The position numbers were made by a program, and so were the translations under genes. This document shows, piece by piece, positions 18,055 to 27,381 of a stretch of DNA of 64,000 nucleotides. Each line of letters begins with the position of its first letter. The stretch's first letter is position 1. Below the pieces are notes generated by a model. That model had not been told where the DNA came from. It saw only the letters and a list, made by a program, of their open reading frames with translations, and did not search any database. The DNA comes from Cypionkella sp. (GTDB lineage Bacteria; Pseudomonadota; Alphaproteobacteria; Rhodobacterales; Rhodobacteraceae): assembly GCA_037045435.1 (NCBI GenBank), contig JBAOID010000020.1, positions 30,748 through 94,747 of the forward strand. Reading direction: 5' to 3'.

Positions 18055-18989
18055 AATCCTTTGAAAGCTGGTCGATCTGCTGCGAGTAGCAGATCCCGCG
18101 CGCTCTCAAGATCGCAGAGTCTAACGCATTCAACCACCGGCTTGGACAAGAGCTTGCCATGTCGCGACGTGCCAACTGCCTTTGAGGCGCGGCAACTTGT
18201 CCATGCAGAACGGTTGGAGACAATTTCTCGATGCCTTTGGCCTCCAACATGTCTGGGTGATTTGGCAATTAACAAGGTTAACAGTGGTTTGATCCGAACA
18301 AGTCCTGTCAAAACCCGTGGATTGGCCATGAATTGGCAACAAGGTGCAGAAGAATGCGGCAATAAAGCGGCGAGACTAAGATTATTGGTTAACAATATTC
18401 GTCAGCCGCAAATTGTTTACCGAACATGAACACTCAACTGATCTGCCCAGCCATTTTACCGTAGAAAACCCGGTTTTTAGGGCTACTTCCCTATGCTTGA
18501 GGCATGGAGAGGAAGAAATTGCACGGCTTTTGGGAAACAGTAAGTGATCCCAACCTTCTGGAAAACAGGGATATCAGGCAGAATATGTGCAGACATATTC
18601 ATCTGAAGGCCACATTTCGGGCTTTTTTTACTTTTCGTAAGGCTTAACGACGGGTATCTATAAGGTGTCTTTCTGGGTGAGACAGTTTGGCCGTGGGGGC
18701 GGTCGTTCTGTGGTGTGGCGTCGCAAGACGCGAAGCTGGATAAAGAGTCTGCCAATAGATCGGATCGAAAGGTCTGATACATTTTCCCGAAGTCGGGGCG
18801 GATCAGAGGGTCTTTTGACCCCCGGGCTCTTTGTTGCCTAAACACCTCATAACGTTCGGCCTGTGTGGCGTTGGGTACCGGTTTTGACGGGATCTCGCCA
18901 AGTCAGGGCTGTCCGATGAACGGTCAGCGCGGAATTTGGATCGGATTGGGACCGGCATTTCCGGCCCTCTACCTTTTGGAGTAACGAAG

Positions 18990-21725
18990 ATGCCGATTTT
19001 TGCACTTTATAATTTCAACGACGCCGGGTCCACTGCTGCCGATAGTGCGCTTGGCAATGGTGCCCAGAACGGCGTTTACCTAAATGGCGCAACCGCCTCT
19101 GGTGGGCAGGCGGTTCTGGACGGTCAGAATGATCTGATAAAGATTTACCACGATCCAACCTTCCAGATGGATCAAGGCACGATGAATATTGATTTCACCT
19201 TGTCTCATCAGCCTCTTACCCATGTTCAGACCGTAGTATCGCGTGACAGCGTTGGCGAGACCGACGGCGGATACCATGTGGATATTCTGGCCAATGGTTC
19301 GGTTGTGGTCAGCCACGAAACTCCGACGGGCACGGTGAGTTTTGGCACCGATCCGGGGTTTGCGTCGCCGGGTGACAACATCAACCTGAGCTATTCCTGG
19401 GATCAGGGTGGAACCGGTGGCCAACTGACGATCAACAACGCCACCAGTGGGCATGGTTTCGATCGCCCGGTGCCTGATACGCTGACCATGGATATGGGGT
19501 CCATCAATCAACCCTGGATTGTTGGCGCGGGGCAGTCGCTCTCGACGCCGGATGTTCTGAACAACATCAATCAGCATTTTGCCGGCACGGTCGAGACCTT
19601 CTCGCTCTCGGATACCGTGGATAACTGCGATCACGGCAATGATGATCCGGTTGCCAACCCCGACACCGCCAGCACGACTGTCGGTGTGCCTGTGATTATT
19701 AACGTTCTTGCGAACGATACCGATCCAAACGGTGACACGATCACCATTTCAGGAACCCCGACTTCTGCCCATGGCGTTGTTGGAGTCAATCCAGATGGAA
19801 CTCTCACCTTTACCCCCGATGCCGGGTTTGCCGGTGATACGACGATTACCTATCAGATCAGTGACGGCAACGGTGGCACCGATGAGGGCACCGTAGCTGT
19901 TTCGGTTACCCATGCCAATTGCGGACCTGACGGTATTGTCAGCGGCACTTCGGGCAGCGATCTGATCGACCTTGCCTATACCGGCGACCCGGACGGAGAT
20001 CGGGTTGACGCAAGTGATGCGATCTTGCCGGGGGATGCCCCGAACGACGACCGGATTGTTGCAGGGGCTGGCAACGACACAGTCCTCGCCGGGCTTGGGG
20101 ATGATCTTGTCTACGGTGGTGCCGGCAACGACAGCCTAGAGGGTGGCGTTGGCAATGACACCATGTTCGGTGGCAGCGGCGACGACACACTTGTTGGTGG
20201 CCCTGGAAACGACGTGCTGTTCGGCGGCAATGGCAGAGATTTTGTCGAAGGCGGAAACGGAGATGACGTTATCGACACCAGCGGCGGCGGCTTTGCTCCG
20301 CTGCCAGATCAAGGCTATCCTGGGCTTTATCCTTCGGACAGTGATCCAGACAATGACCGCGATACGGTTTACGGCGGCGACGGCAACGACACCATCACCA
20401 CCGGCGATGATGCGGATCTGATCTATGGGGATCGCGGCAATGACTATATTGACGCCGGTTTTGACAATGACACCGTCTATGGCGGCCTTGGAAACGATAC
20501 AATCATCGGTGCGGAAGGTGCGGATGTCATCCATGCAGGTCAAGGCGATGATCTGGTCTATGGTGGCTATGGTCCGGGTGTGCCGGATGCGGTGAATATT
20601 CCTGATGATGCCGGTGATCTGTTGCCCGGCAACGGCAATGACTTCATCGACGGCGGGATGGGCAATGACACCATCTTCGGGATGGATGACGATGACACCA
20701 TCTACGGCGGTCAGGGCAATGACGTCATTGACGGTGGCATTGATGATGACCTGATCCATGGCGACGAAGGCGACGACATCCTGATGGGTGGCCAAGGCAA
20801 TGACTCGCTTGATGGCGGTCAAGGCAATGACTCGCTTGATGGTGGCGACGGCGATGACGTGATGACCGGCGGTGCCGGCAATGACACCTTCTTCGGTGGT
20901 GCCGGGGCCGATATCATGGGCGGCGGCGGTGACAGGGATCTGTTCATCGGTGGTGGCGTGGGCGATGTGGTCGACGGCAATGAAAATGGCGATGATTACG
21001 ATACACTTGATCTGAGCGGTGCCGGACCGTTGCGCGTCAACTACGATCCGAACAATGCTGAAAACGGCACGGTGGATTTCCTTGATGCGGATCGCAATAT
21101 CATCGGTTCGATGGTCTTTACCAATATTGAAAACGTCATTCCCTGCTTCACGCCGGGCACGATGATTGCCACGCCCAAAGGCGAGGTGCCTGTTGAGACC
21201 CTGAAAGCCGGTGACAAGATCATCACCCGCGACAACGGGATTCAGGAAATCCGCTGGATGGGACAGAAAGAGCTGGGCTGGCATGATCTGATTGCCAATC
21301 CGCATCTGAAACCGGTTCTGGTGCGTCAGGGCAGCCTCGGGAATGGTTTGCCCGAGCGTGACATGATGGTTTCGCCAAACCACCGCCTGTTGGTGGCCAA
21401 TGACCGCACGGCGCTTTACTTCGACGAGCATGAAGTGCTGGTTGCGGCCAAGCATCTGACGGCGGGGCAGGGGATCCATTCGGTCGACTCCGTTGGGACC
21501 ACCTATATCCATTTCATGTTTGATCGGCACGAAGTTGTGCTGTCGAACGGGGCCTGGACCGAGAGTTTCCAGCCCGGCGATTTCACGCTGAAAGGGATGG
21601 GCAATGCTCAGCGTTCAGAGATATTTGATCTGTTCCCCGAGTTGAAAACCGATGCGGGCCTTGAAGATTACAGTGCCGCCCGTCGGACACTGAAGCGCCA
21701 CGAAGCTCTGTTGCTGGTGAAATAA
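18990..21725 (+). CDS. large secreted-type protein: LamG/ConA-like N-domain, cadherin-like Ig domain, RTX calcium-binding repeats, C-terminal Hint (bacterial intein-like, PF13403-type) domain
   Basis: ATG at 18990 follows ttGGAG. LamG-like ...VLDGQNDLIKIYHDPTFQMDQGTMNIDFTL...; cadherin-like VANPDTASTTVGVPVIINVLANDTDPNGDTITISG...ITYQISDGNGGTDEGTVAVSV; more than 25 GGxGxD nonapeptides; Hint module CFTPGTMIATPKGEVPVETLKAGDKIITRDNGIQEIRWMG...VVLSNGAWTESFQPGD (21144-21581). Confidence 0.9.
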   Translation: MPIFALYNFNDAGSTAADSALGNGAQNGVYLNGATASGGQAVLDGQNDLIKIYHDPTFQMDQGTMNIDFTLSHQPLTHVQTVVSRDSVGETDGGYHVDILANGSVVVSHETPTGTVSFGTDPGFASPGDNINLSYSWDQGGTGGQLTINNATSGHGFDRPVPDTLTMDMGSINQPWIVGAGQSLSTPDVLNNINQHFAGTVETFSLSDTVDNCDHGNDDPVANPDTASTTVGVPVIINVLANDTDPNGDTITISGTPTSAHGVVGVNPDGTLTFTPDAGFAGDTTITYQISDGNGGTDEGTVAVSVTHANCGPDGIVSGTSGSDLIDLAYTGDPDGDRVDASDAILPGDAPNDDRIVAGAGNDTVLAGLGDDLVYGGAGNDSLEGGVGNDTMFGGSGDDTLVGGPGNDVLFGGNGRDFVEGGNGDDVIDTSGGGFAPLPDQGYPGLYPSDSDPDNDRDTVYGGDGNDTITTGDDADLIYGDRGNDYIDAGFDNDTVYGGLGNDTIIGAEGADVIHAGQGDDLVYGGYGPGVPDAVNIPDDAGDLLPGNGNDFIDGGMGNDTIFGMDDDDTIYGGQGNDVIDGGIDDDLIHGDEGDDILMGGQGNDSLDGGQGNDSLDGGDGDDVMTGGAGNDTFFGGAGADIMGGGGDRDLFIGGGVGDVVDGNENGDDYDTLDLSGAGPLRVNYDPNNAENGTVDFLDADRNIIGSMVFTNIENVIPCFTPGTMIATPKGEVPVETLKAGDKIITRDNGIQEIRWMGQKELGWHDLIANPHLKPVLVRQGSLGNGLPERDMMVSPNHRLLVANDRTALYFDEHEVLVAAKHLTAGQGIHSVDSVGTTYIHFMFDRHEVVLSNGAWTESFQPGDFTLKGMGNAQRSEIFDLFPELKTDAGLEDYSAARRTLKRHEALLLVK
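20058..20990 (+). repeat. RTX nonapeptide (GGxGxDxUx) coding repeat array inside the Hint protein gene
   Basis: Translation shows consecutive GAGNDTVLA/GLGDDLVYG/GAGNDSLEG/GVGNDTMFG... units. The array includes a near-perfect 27-nt tandem duplication at 20790-20843. Confidence 0.8.
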
Positions 21726-21777
21726 CGGTTTATGCAGCGCGTATGGGGTTCGCCTGCACAGGCACCTTGTCGCACAG

Positions 21778-21808
21778 AAAAGGGGGCTCCGTTCGGGGCC
21801 CCTTTTTT
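21778..21808 (+). terminator. rho-independent terminator of the Hint protein gene
   Basis: aaaaGGGGgctccgttcggggCCCCtttttt, a GC stem followed by a T-run, about 50 nt after the stop. Confidence 0.75.
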
Positions 21809-21875
21809 GGTGTTTTGGCCTGAGGTGCTTTCAAATGGCAGCAGCAATTTCTCAGGACGGTTTATCCATGCAATG

Positions 21876-21909
21876 ACAAGGCCACCGCCTTTGCAAGCGG
21901 TGGCCTTGT
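21876..21909. terminator. 13-bp perfect hairpin between convergent genes
   Basis: ACAAGGCCACCGC-ctttgcaa-GCGGTGGCCTTGT. Weak T tracts on both sides. Confidence 0.45.
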
Positions 21910-21925
21910 TTGAAAAGAGTGAACT

Positions 21926-24353
21926 CTAGCCCCGCATCCGGGCACCGTCGGCATCAAACAACGGGGCAAGCTGCACCTTTGCCTTGCGGCGTTCGCCCAG
22001 GATTTCGATCTCAACTTCAAGCCCGTCTTGCGCGCGATCAGTGGGCAGAAAGCCCATGGCCAGCGATTTTCCGGTGAAATGCGAGAACCCACCAGAGGTG
22101 CACCAGCTCACCACTTTGCCGTCAAGCCAGATCGGCTCCCATGCCACCACATCGGCATCCTTTGCGTCGACAATAAACGACACCAGCCTGCGTTTTGGTC
22201 CCGCAGCCTTTTCGGCGGTGGCCGCGGCCTTGCCGATCCAGTCAGACTCCTTGTTCCAGCGGATGAACCGATCAAGGCCCGTTTCGGCAGGAGTATAGTC
22301 GGGGCTGAACTCACGGCCCCAAGAGCCGAACCATTTGTCCAGACGCAGGCTCATCATCGCCCGCATCCCAAAGGCGCGCAGGCCAAGGTCGGCTCCCGCC
22401 TCGTTCAAAACATCCCACAGATGGCGCACCGACATGTGATCGCAGAAAATTTCATAGCCCAGATCAGCGGTGTAGCTGACGCGCTGCACGATGCAATTGG
22501 CCATGCCCACGGTCATCCGCTTGACATCCATGAATTTGAACGCCGCACCCGAGACATCGCTGCGCGTCACCCGCGACAGCAAGTCACGCGCATTTGGCCC
22601 TGCAATCTGAAAACCCGACCGCGCATCCGAGACGTTTTCCACTGTAACGCCGTCCATCGCGTTTTGCTCGAACCAGCGATAGTGCCAGCCTTGCGCGCCA
22701 TAGCTGGCAGTCAGTTGGAACTCGGTTTCTGACAAGCAAGATACCGTGAAATCGCCGATGATCTTGCCAGAATGGGCCAGCATCGGGTTCAGCGCCAAGC
22801 GTCCCGGTTTCGGGATGGTGCCGGCCATGATCCGGTCCAGCCATGCCCGCGCATTTGGACCGCGCACGATGTATTTGCCGAAATTCTGCAACTCGTTGAT
22901 GCCGACGCCCTCACGGACCGCCATGACTTCTTGCCGCGTGGCTTCCCAGGCGTTGGAGCGTTTGAAGGTGGGGGTCTCATAGGTTGGCTCGCCGGGCAGG
23001 GCGTAGTAGTTCACCACCTCAAGCCCGTATTGCTGGCCCCAAACCGCGCGCATTTCGCAATTGGTCTGATACATCGGCGTGGTGCGGAAGGGCCGTGCGG
23101 CCGGGCGTTCCTCGTTCGGATAGCCGACGTTGAAGCGCATCTGATAATTTTCGATGACCTTCGGCACGGTATAGCCGGGCGTTGTCCAGGTGCCGAAGCG
23201 TGAGACATCAAAGCCGCGCGGGTCACGCTCAACCTCGCCGTGGATGATCCATTGCGCGAGGCTCAGGCCCATGCCGCCGCCCTGGCTAAAGCCCGCCATC
23301 ACAGCACATGCCGACCAATAGTTGCGCAAACCCTGCACGGGGCCGATCAGAGGGTTGCCATCGGGGGCAAAGGTGAAGGGGCCATGGATCACGCGCTTCA
23401 CGCCTGAGCGTTCCAGCACGGGGAAGCGGCGATAGGCGAAATTCACCGAAGTCTTCGATCTTGTCGAATTGCTCGTTCAGCAATTCATGGCCGAAATTCC
23501 ATGGGGTGCCGTCAAGCGCCCAAGGTTCGCACGGTTTTTCGTAAAATCCGATGCACAACCCACGACCCTCTTGCCGCAGATAGCTTTCCCCACCCGGATC
23601 CATCACATGCGGGAATTCCTTGCCCGATTTGAGGATGTCCATGATCTCGGGGATGTCATCGGTCACCAGATACTGATGCGCCATCGGCAAGAGCGGCAGA
23701 TAAACCCCTGCCATCGCGCCAATTTCGCGCGCCCAAAGCCCGCCTGCGTTCACCAGATGCTCGGCAATGATCGTGCCTTTTTCGGTGACAACATCCCAGG
23801 ATCCATCCGGGCGCGGGTTTGTCTCCAGCACGCGGTTGTGCAGCACGATCTCGGCCCCGCCCATCCGCGCCGCCTTGGCATAGGCGTGAGTGGTTCCCGA
23901 TGGGTCAAGATGGCCATCCAAGGGATCATAAAGCGCGCCGACGATGCCTTCGAGGTTGACCATGCCGTTGGTCAGTTTGTTGATTTCGTCATGGCCCAGA
24001 ATTTCGGTATCAAGGCCCATATAACGGTGCTTGGCGCGCTCGGCCTTCAATTGCTCGAACCGCGCTTGATTATCGGCCAGGGTGATGCCGCCGACATGGT
24101 GCAATCCACAAGACATGCCGGTGATCTCTTCCAACTCCTTGTAGAGCCGGATCGTATAGCCTTGCAGCGCCGCCATATTGGTGTCGCCGTTCAATGTATG
24201 AAAACCACCCGCCGCGTGCCAGGTGGAGCCGGAGGTAAGCTCGGATCGCTCCACCAGCATCACATCAGACCAGCCCAGTTTGGTCAGATGGTAAAGAACC
24301 GAACAGCCGACAACGCCGCCGCCGATGACCAGCACTCGGGTATGGGTTTTCAT
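21926..24353 (-). pseudogene. dimethylglycine/sarcosine dehydrogenase-like FAD oxidoreductase fused to a GcvT aminomethyltransferase domain, split by a +1 phase change near 23444-23476
   Basis: N-terminal part MKTHTRVLVIGGGVVGCSVLYHL...LNEQFDKIEDF (track ORF 23286..24719, true ATG 24353). C-terminal part VNFAYRRFPVLERSGVKRVIHGPFTFAPDGNPLIGP...GcvT-like (ORF 21926..23446). The total of 2428 nt is 3n+1. Confidence 0.85.
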
Positions 24354-24532
24354 GCGAATCTTCCCTGTTTTAGCAAGTTGAATGACCGTTTTTCCTATAG
24401 TTAGTCGGTTCAAGGCAAATCGCCGTTGTGCCAGCGACATGATTGCGTCGCTTTTGAGGTGTGGCGGCGTTGTCGCCATGATGGACGCCACAGCGCGTTT
24501 CGGATAGCAACAGGGGATTGCAGGGGGATCAG

Positions 24533-26089
24533 ATGACCGAAGGCAGACTCTTGGCGCTCTTTGTGGGGCTTGCGGCGGTTTTTGCCGCGATGATTGCCCT
24601 GCGGCCATTGCTGCCAATTGATGAAACGCGCTATCTGGCCGTTGCATGGGAAATGTGGCTGAGCGGCGATCCGGTGCATCTGACCAAGAATTTCGCCTTT
24701 TATACCCATAAACCGCCATTGCTGTTCTGGCTGATCAACCTGGCTTGGCTTGTCACTGGGGTCAGCGAGCTGGTTGGCCGTGCCATCGGCCCCGCTTTGG
24801 CGCTGGCGGTGGTTTGGGCAACTTATCGTCTGGCCCGGACATTTTGGCCCGACGATGCCGAGATCGGTTTTCGTGCTGCGGTCATTCTGGCCGGGTTCAC
24901 GGTTTTCCTGCTCTATGGCAGTGCGACAATGTTCGATTGTTTACTGGCGCTGCCGGTTTTGCTGGGCGTTGCATCGCTCTGGGCGGTGGCAAATGGCGCA
25001 AACACGCTGCGCAATTGGGGGCTGTTTGGGTTGGCGCTGGCAGTGGGGGTTCTGGCCAAAGGGCCGGTGATCCTTGTCCATTTGGTGCCCTTGGTTCTGA
25101 CCATGCCGATATGGGCCCCACAAACTCCAGATTATCGTAAAGCCTGGAAAGGATTTGCGCTGGCGCTGGCAATTGGTTTGGCTTTGGTCGCGTTGTGGTT
25201 GGTGCCTGCGCTGATCACCGGCACAACGGAATTCAGAACGGAATTGCTCTGGACACAATCGGCGGCAAGGGTTGCGGGCGGATTGGCGCATGATCGTCCG
25301 GTCTGGTTCCTTGCGGCCTTGTTGCCGGTGATCCTGTTTCCTTGGGGCTGGTCACTGCGATCATGGTCGGGGCTTCGCGCCGGGTGGAAATCCGACGCCG
25401 CCTTGCGCCTGTGCCTGATTTGGGCGGCATCGTCGCTGGTCCTGTTTTCGCTGATCTCGGGAAAGCAGGTGCATTATCTGATACCGACTTTCCCGGCGAT
25501 AGCCCTGATCTTTGCGCGCGCCATGAGCGGGGCGGCACTGCCGCAACGGTCACTGGCTTGGCTGCCCTTGGGGCTGTTGGGCGGGGTATTTGCCGCCTTG
25601 GGATTGGGCTTGATCCCGGCAACTGGAGATATGACGGCGATTTCGCCGTTGTGGCCGGCTTGGATATTGGGCGGGTTTTGCGGCGTCCTGGCGGTTCTGG
25701 TCTGGCGCTTGCCGATGCTCACCGGGCATCTGCTTGCCGGGGTGGGCTTGGCATTGGGCCTGCACGGGCTGGTTTATTCCACCGCCTTGTTTCAAATCTA
25801 TCAGGGCAAGGTGCTTGCGGAACTGGTAAGTCAACATGCAGCCGATGGTGTTGCTGTCACCAACCTTGAATACAACGCCGAGTTCAACTTTGCCGCAAGG
25901 TTGACCGCGCCGGTTGCCCTTGCCAAGACGCGTGCAGACATTATCGCTTGGGCAAAGGATCATCCGTCAGGGGTGGTCTTGGGCAAATTGTCTGAAAACC
26001 CACTGACTGCGGCCCCGCAGGGCGTGGTCAAATATATCGGTCAGGATTGGGGCTATTGGACGGCGGCCGCGCTCATTTCTCAGGAATAA
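24533..26089 (+). CDS. GT39/ArnT-like membrane glycosyltransferase (PMT_2-type)
   Basis: MTEGRLLALFVGLAAVF...PIDETRYLAVAWEMWLSGD...HKPPLLFWLINL... multi-TM, about 518 aa. Confidence 0.8.
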   Translation: MTEGRLLALFVGLAAVFAAMIALRPLLPIDETRYLAVAWEMWLSGDPVHLTKNFAFYTHKPPLLFWLINLAWLVTGVSELVGRAIGPALALAVVWATYRLARTFWPDDAEIGFRAAVILAGFTVFLLYGSATMFDCLLALPVLLGVASLWAVANGANTLRNWGLFGLALAVGVLAKGPVILVHLVPLVLTMPIWAPQTPDYRKAWKGFALALAIGLALVALWLVPALITGTTEFRTELLWTQSAARVAGGLAHDRPVWFLAALLPVILFPWGWSLRSWSGLRAGWKSDAALRLCLIWAASSLVLFSLISGKQVHYLIPTFPAIALIFARAMSGAALPQRSLAWLPLGLLGGVFAALGLGLIPATGDMTAISPLWPAWILGGFCGVLAVLVWRLPMLTGHLLAGVGLALGLHGLVYSTALFQIYQGKVLAELVSQHAADGVAVTNLEYNAEFNFAARLTAPVALAKTRADIIAWAKDHPSGVVLGKLSENPLTAAPQGVVKYIGQDWGYWTAAALISQE

Positions 26090-27381
26090 GCCCTCGCGGC
26101 GCAAAACGCATCACCACCAGCAGCACGACCCCAGAGCGTCAGCAACCGAAGTTGTTGGGCAAAATCGACAAGATGCGCCTTGAGCCAGCCGTCCGTCATC
26201 GGTGCAGTGATCAGCCCCATGATGACCGGCCCCGCGTTCTCGACAATCAGCCACAGCCATCCCAGCAGCAGCCCGCCCAGCACGGCCCCCCAATTATTGC
26301 CCGAGCCACCCACGATCACCATGATCCAGATCAGAAATGTGAACCGCAAAGGTGAATAGTTCGTTGGGGTGAGCTGCCCCTCCATCGAAGTCAGCATCGC
26401 CCCGGCAATGCCGATGACCACCGATCCGATGATGAAAACCTGCAAATGCCGTTTGGTCACGTTCTTGCCCATGGCGCTGGCGGCAACCTCATTGTCGCGG
26501 ATGGCGCGCATCATGCGTCCCCAGGGCGATTTCAGCGCGCGTTCGGTGATCCAGATGATCGCCAGCAAGACACTGCCAAAGATGACCATGTAGAGCAATT
26601 TGACCAGAATGGTGGATGCCGTTGTCGGCTCCCATCCCCAATCAGCAACAAAGGCCAGAAAGCGGGGGCTGACCTGAAGGTCAACTTCCAGCGGCACCGG
26701 CCAGGGGCGCGGCAGACCGATCAGGTTTTTCACGCCTCGATCCAGCCAATCCTCGCTTTTCATCACTGTGACAACGATGTCGGCAATGCCGAGTGTCGCA
26801 ATCGCAAGATAGTCCGACCGCAGGCCCAAGGCCACTTTGCCAATCGCCCAAGCCGCGACACCTGCCAACAACCCTCCGACCGGCCAGGCGATCAACGACG
26901 GCAGGCCCAGGCCGCCAATGTTGCCGGAGGTTGCGGGGTCAAAAGCCTCGATGGCGCTGACGGCCGGATCGAACAGGGCGCGGAACGAAAAGAACCCGGC
27001 GATCAGCAGCACTGTCATGGTTACAGAGCGTTTGCGGCCGGGTTTCAGGTGCTTCCAGAGGTAAATCGCCGCAGTGATCACGGCCATTCCGAACATCAAG
27101 GCCCCCAGCACCCGCCATCCGCCAGCAGCAAAAGCCTGTGGCACTGGCTGGGCTGAAACCAGAACAACGGCAAGCCCGCCCAAGGCGACAGACCCCATGA
27201 TACCGGTGGAAAACAACCCGGCGTAGCCCCATTGCATGTTAACGCCCAAGGCCATGATGGCCGAGAGGATGCCAATGTTCAGGATTTGCAAGCTGAGGTT
27301 CCAGCTTTGCCAAACGCCGGTGATGATGAACAGCAAGGCCACTGCGGCAAAGAGGATCAGATTCCTTTTTGGCACGATCAT
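26080..27381 (-). CDS. HAAT-family (branched-chain amino acid-type) ABC transporter permease, LivM-like
   Basis: MIVPKRNLILFAAVALLFII...GVNMQWGYAGLFSTGIMG...AIRDNEVAASAMGKNV. The ATG at 27381 overlaps the upstream stop (ATGA). Confidence 0.85.
   Translation of the reverse strand: MIVPKRNLILFAAVALLFIITGVWQSWNLSLQILNIGILSAIMALGVNMQWGYAGLFSTGIMGSVALGGLAVVLVSAQPVPQAFAAGGWRVLGALMFGMAVITAAIYLWKHLKPGRKRSVTMTVLLIAGFFSFRALFDPAVSAIEAFDPATSGNIGGLGLPSLIAWPVGGLLAGVAAWAIGKVALGLRSDYLAIATLGIADIVVTVMKSEDWLDRGVKNLIGLPRPWPVPLEVDLQVSPRFLAFVADWGWEPTTASTILVKLLYMVIFGSVLLAIIWITERALKSPWGRMMRAIRDNEVAASAMGKNVTKRHLQVFIIGSVVIGIAGAMLTSMEGQLTPTNYSPLRFTFLIWIMVIVGGSGNNWGAVLGGLLLGWLWLIVENAGPVIMGLITAPMTDGWLKAHLVDFAQQLRLLTLWGRAAGGDAFCAARAYS

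Noticed and set aside
20136-21530. 464-aa minus-strand ORF opposite the RTX/Hint gene
   Set aside because: Its repetitive ..VIA..AV..I.. pattern is simply the complement of the GGxGxD repeats. The plus-strand gene is strongly supported.
18990-21725. Type I secretion operon for the RTX protein
   Set aside because: No ABC exporter, MFP or TolC-like gene lies within the window. Neighbours are a tRNA and a convergent DMGDH-like gene.
17830-21925. Classical tRNA-linked genomic island (integrase, att direct repeat)
   Set aside because: No integrase/recombinase-like translation appears in any frame. I could not find a copy of the tRNA 3' end (GTTCGAGTCCGACCACCCGTACCA or parts of it) downstream of the Hint gene. 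Only composition and context hint at foreign origin.
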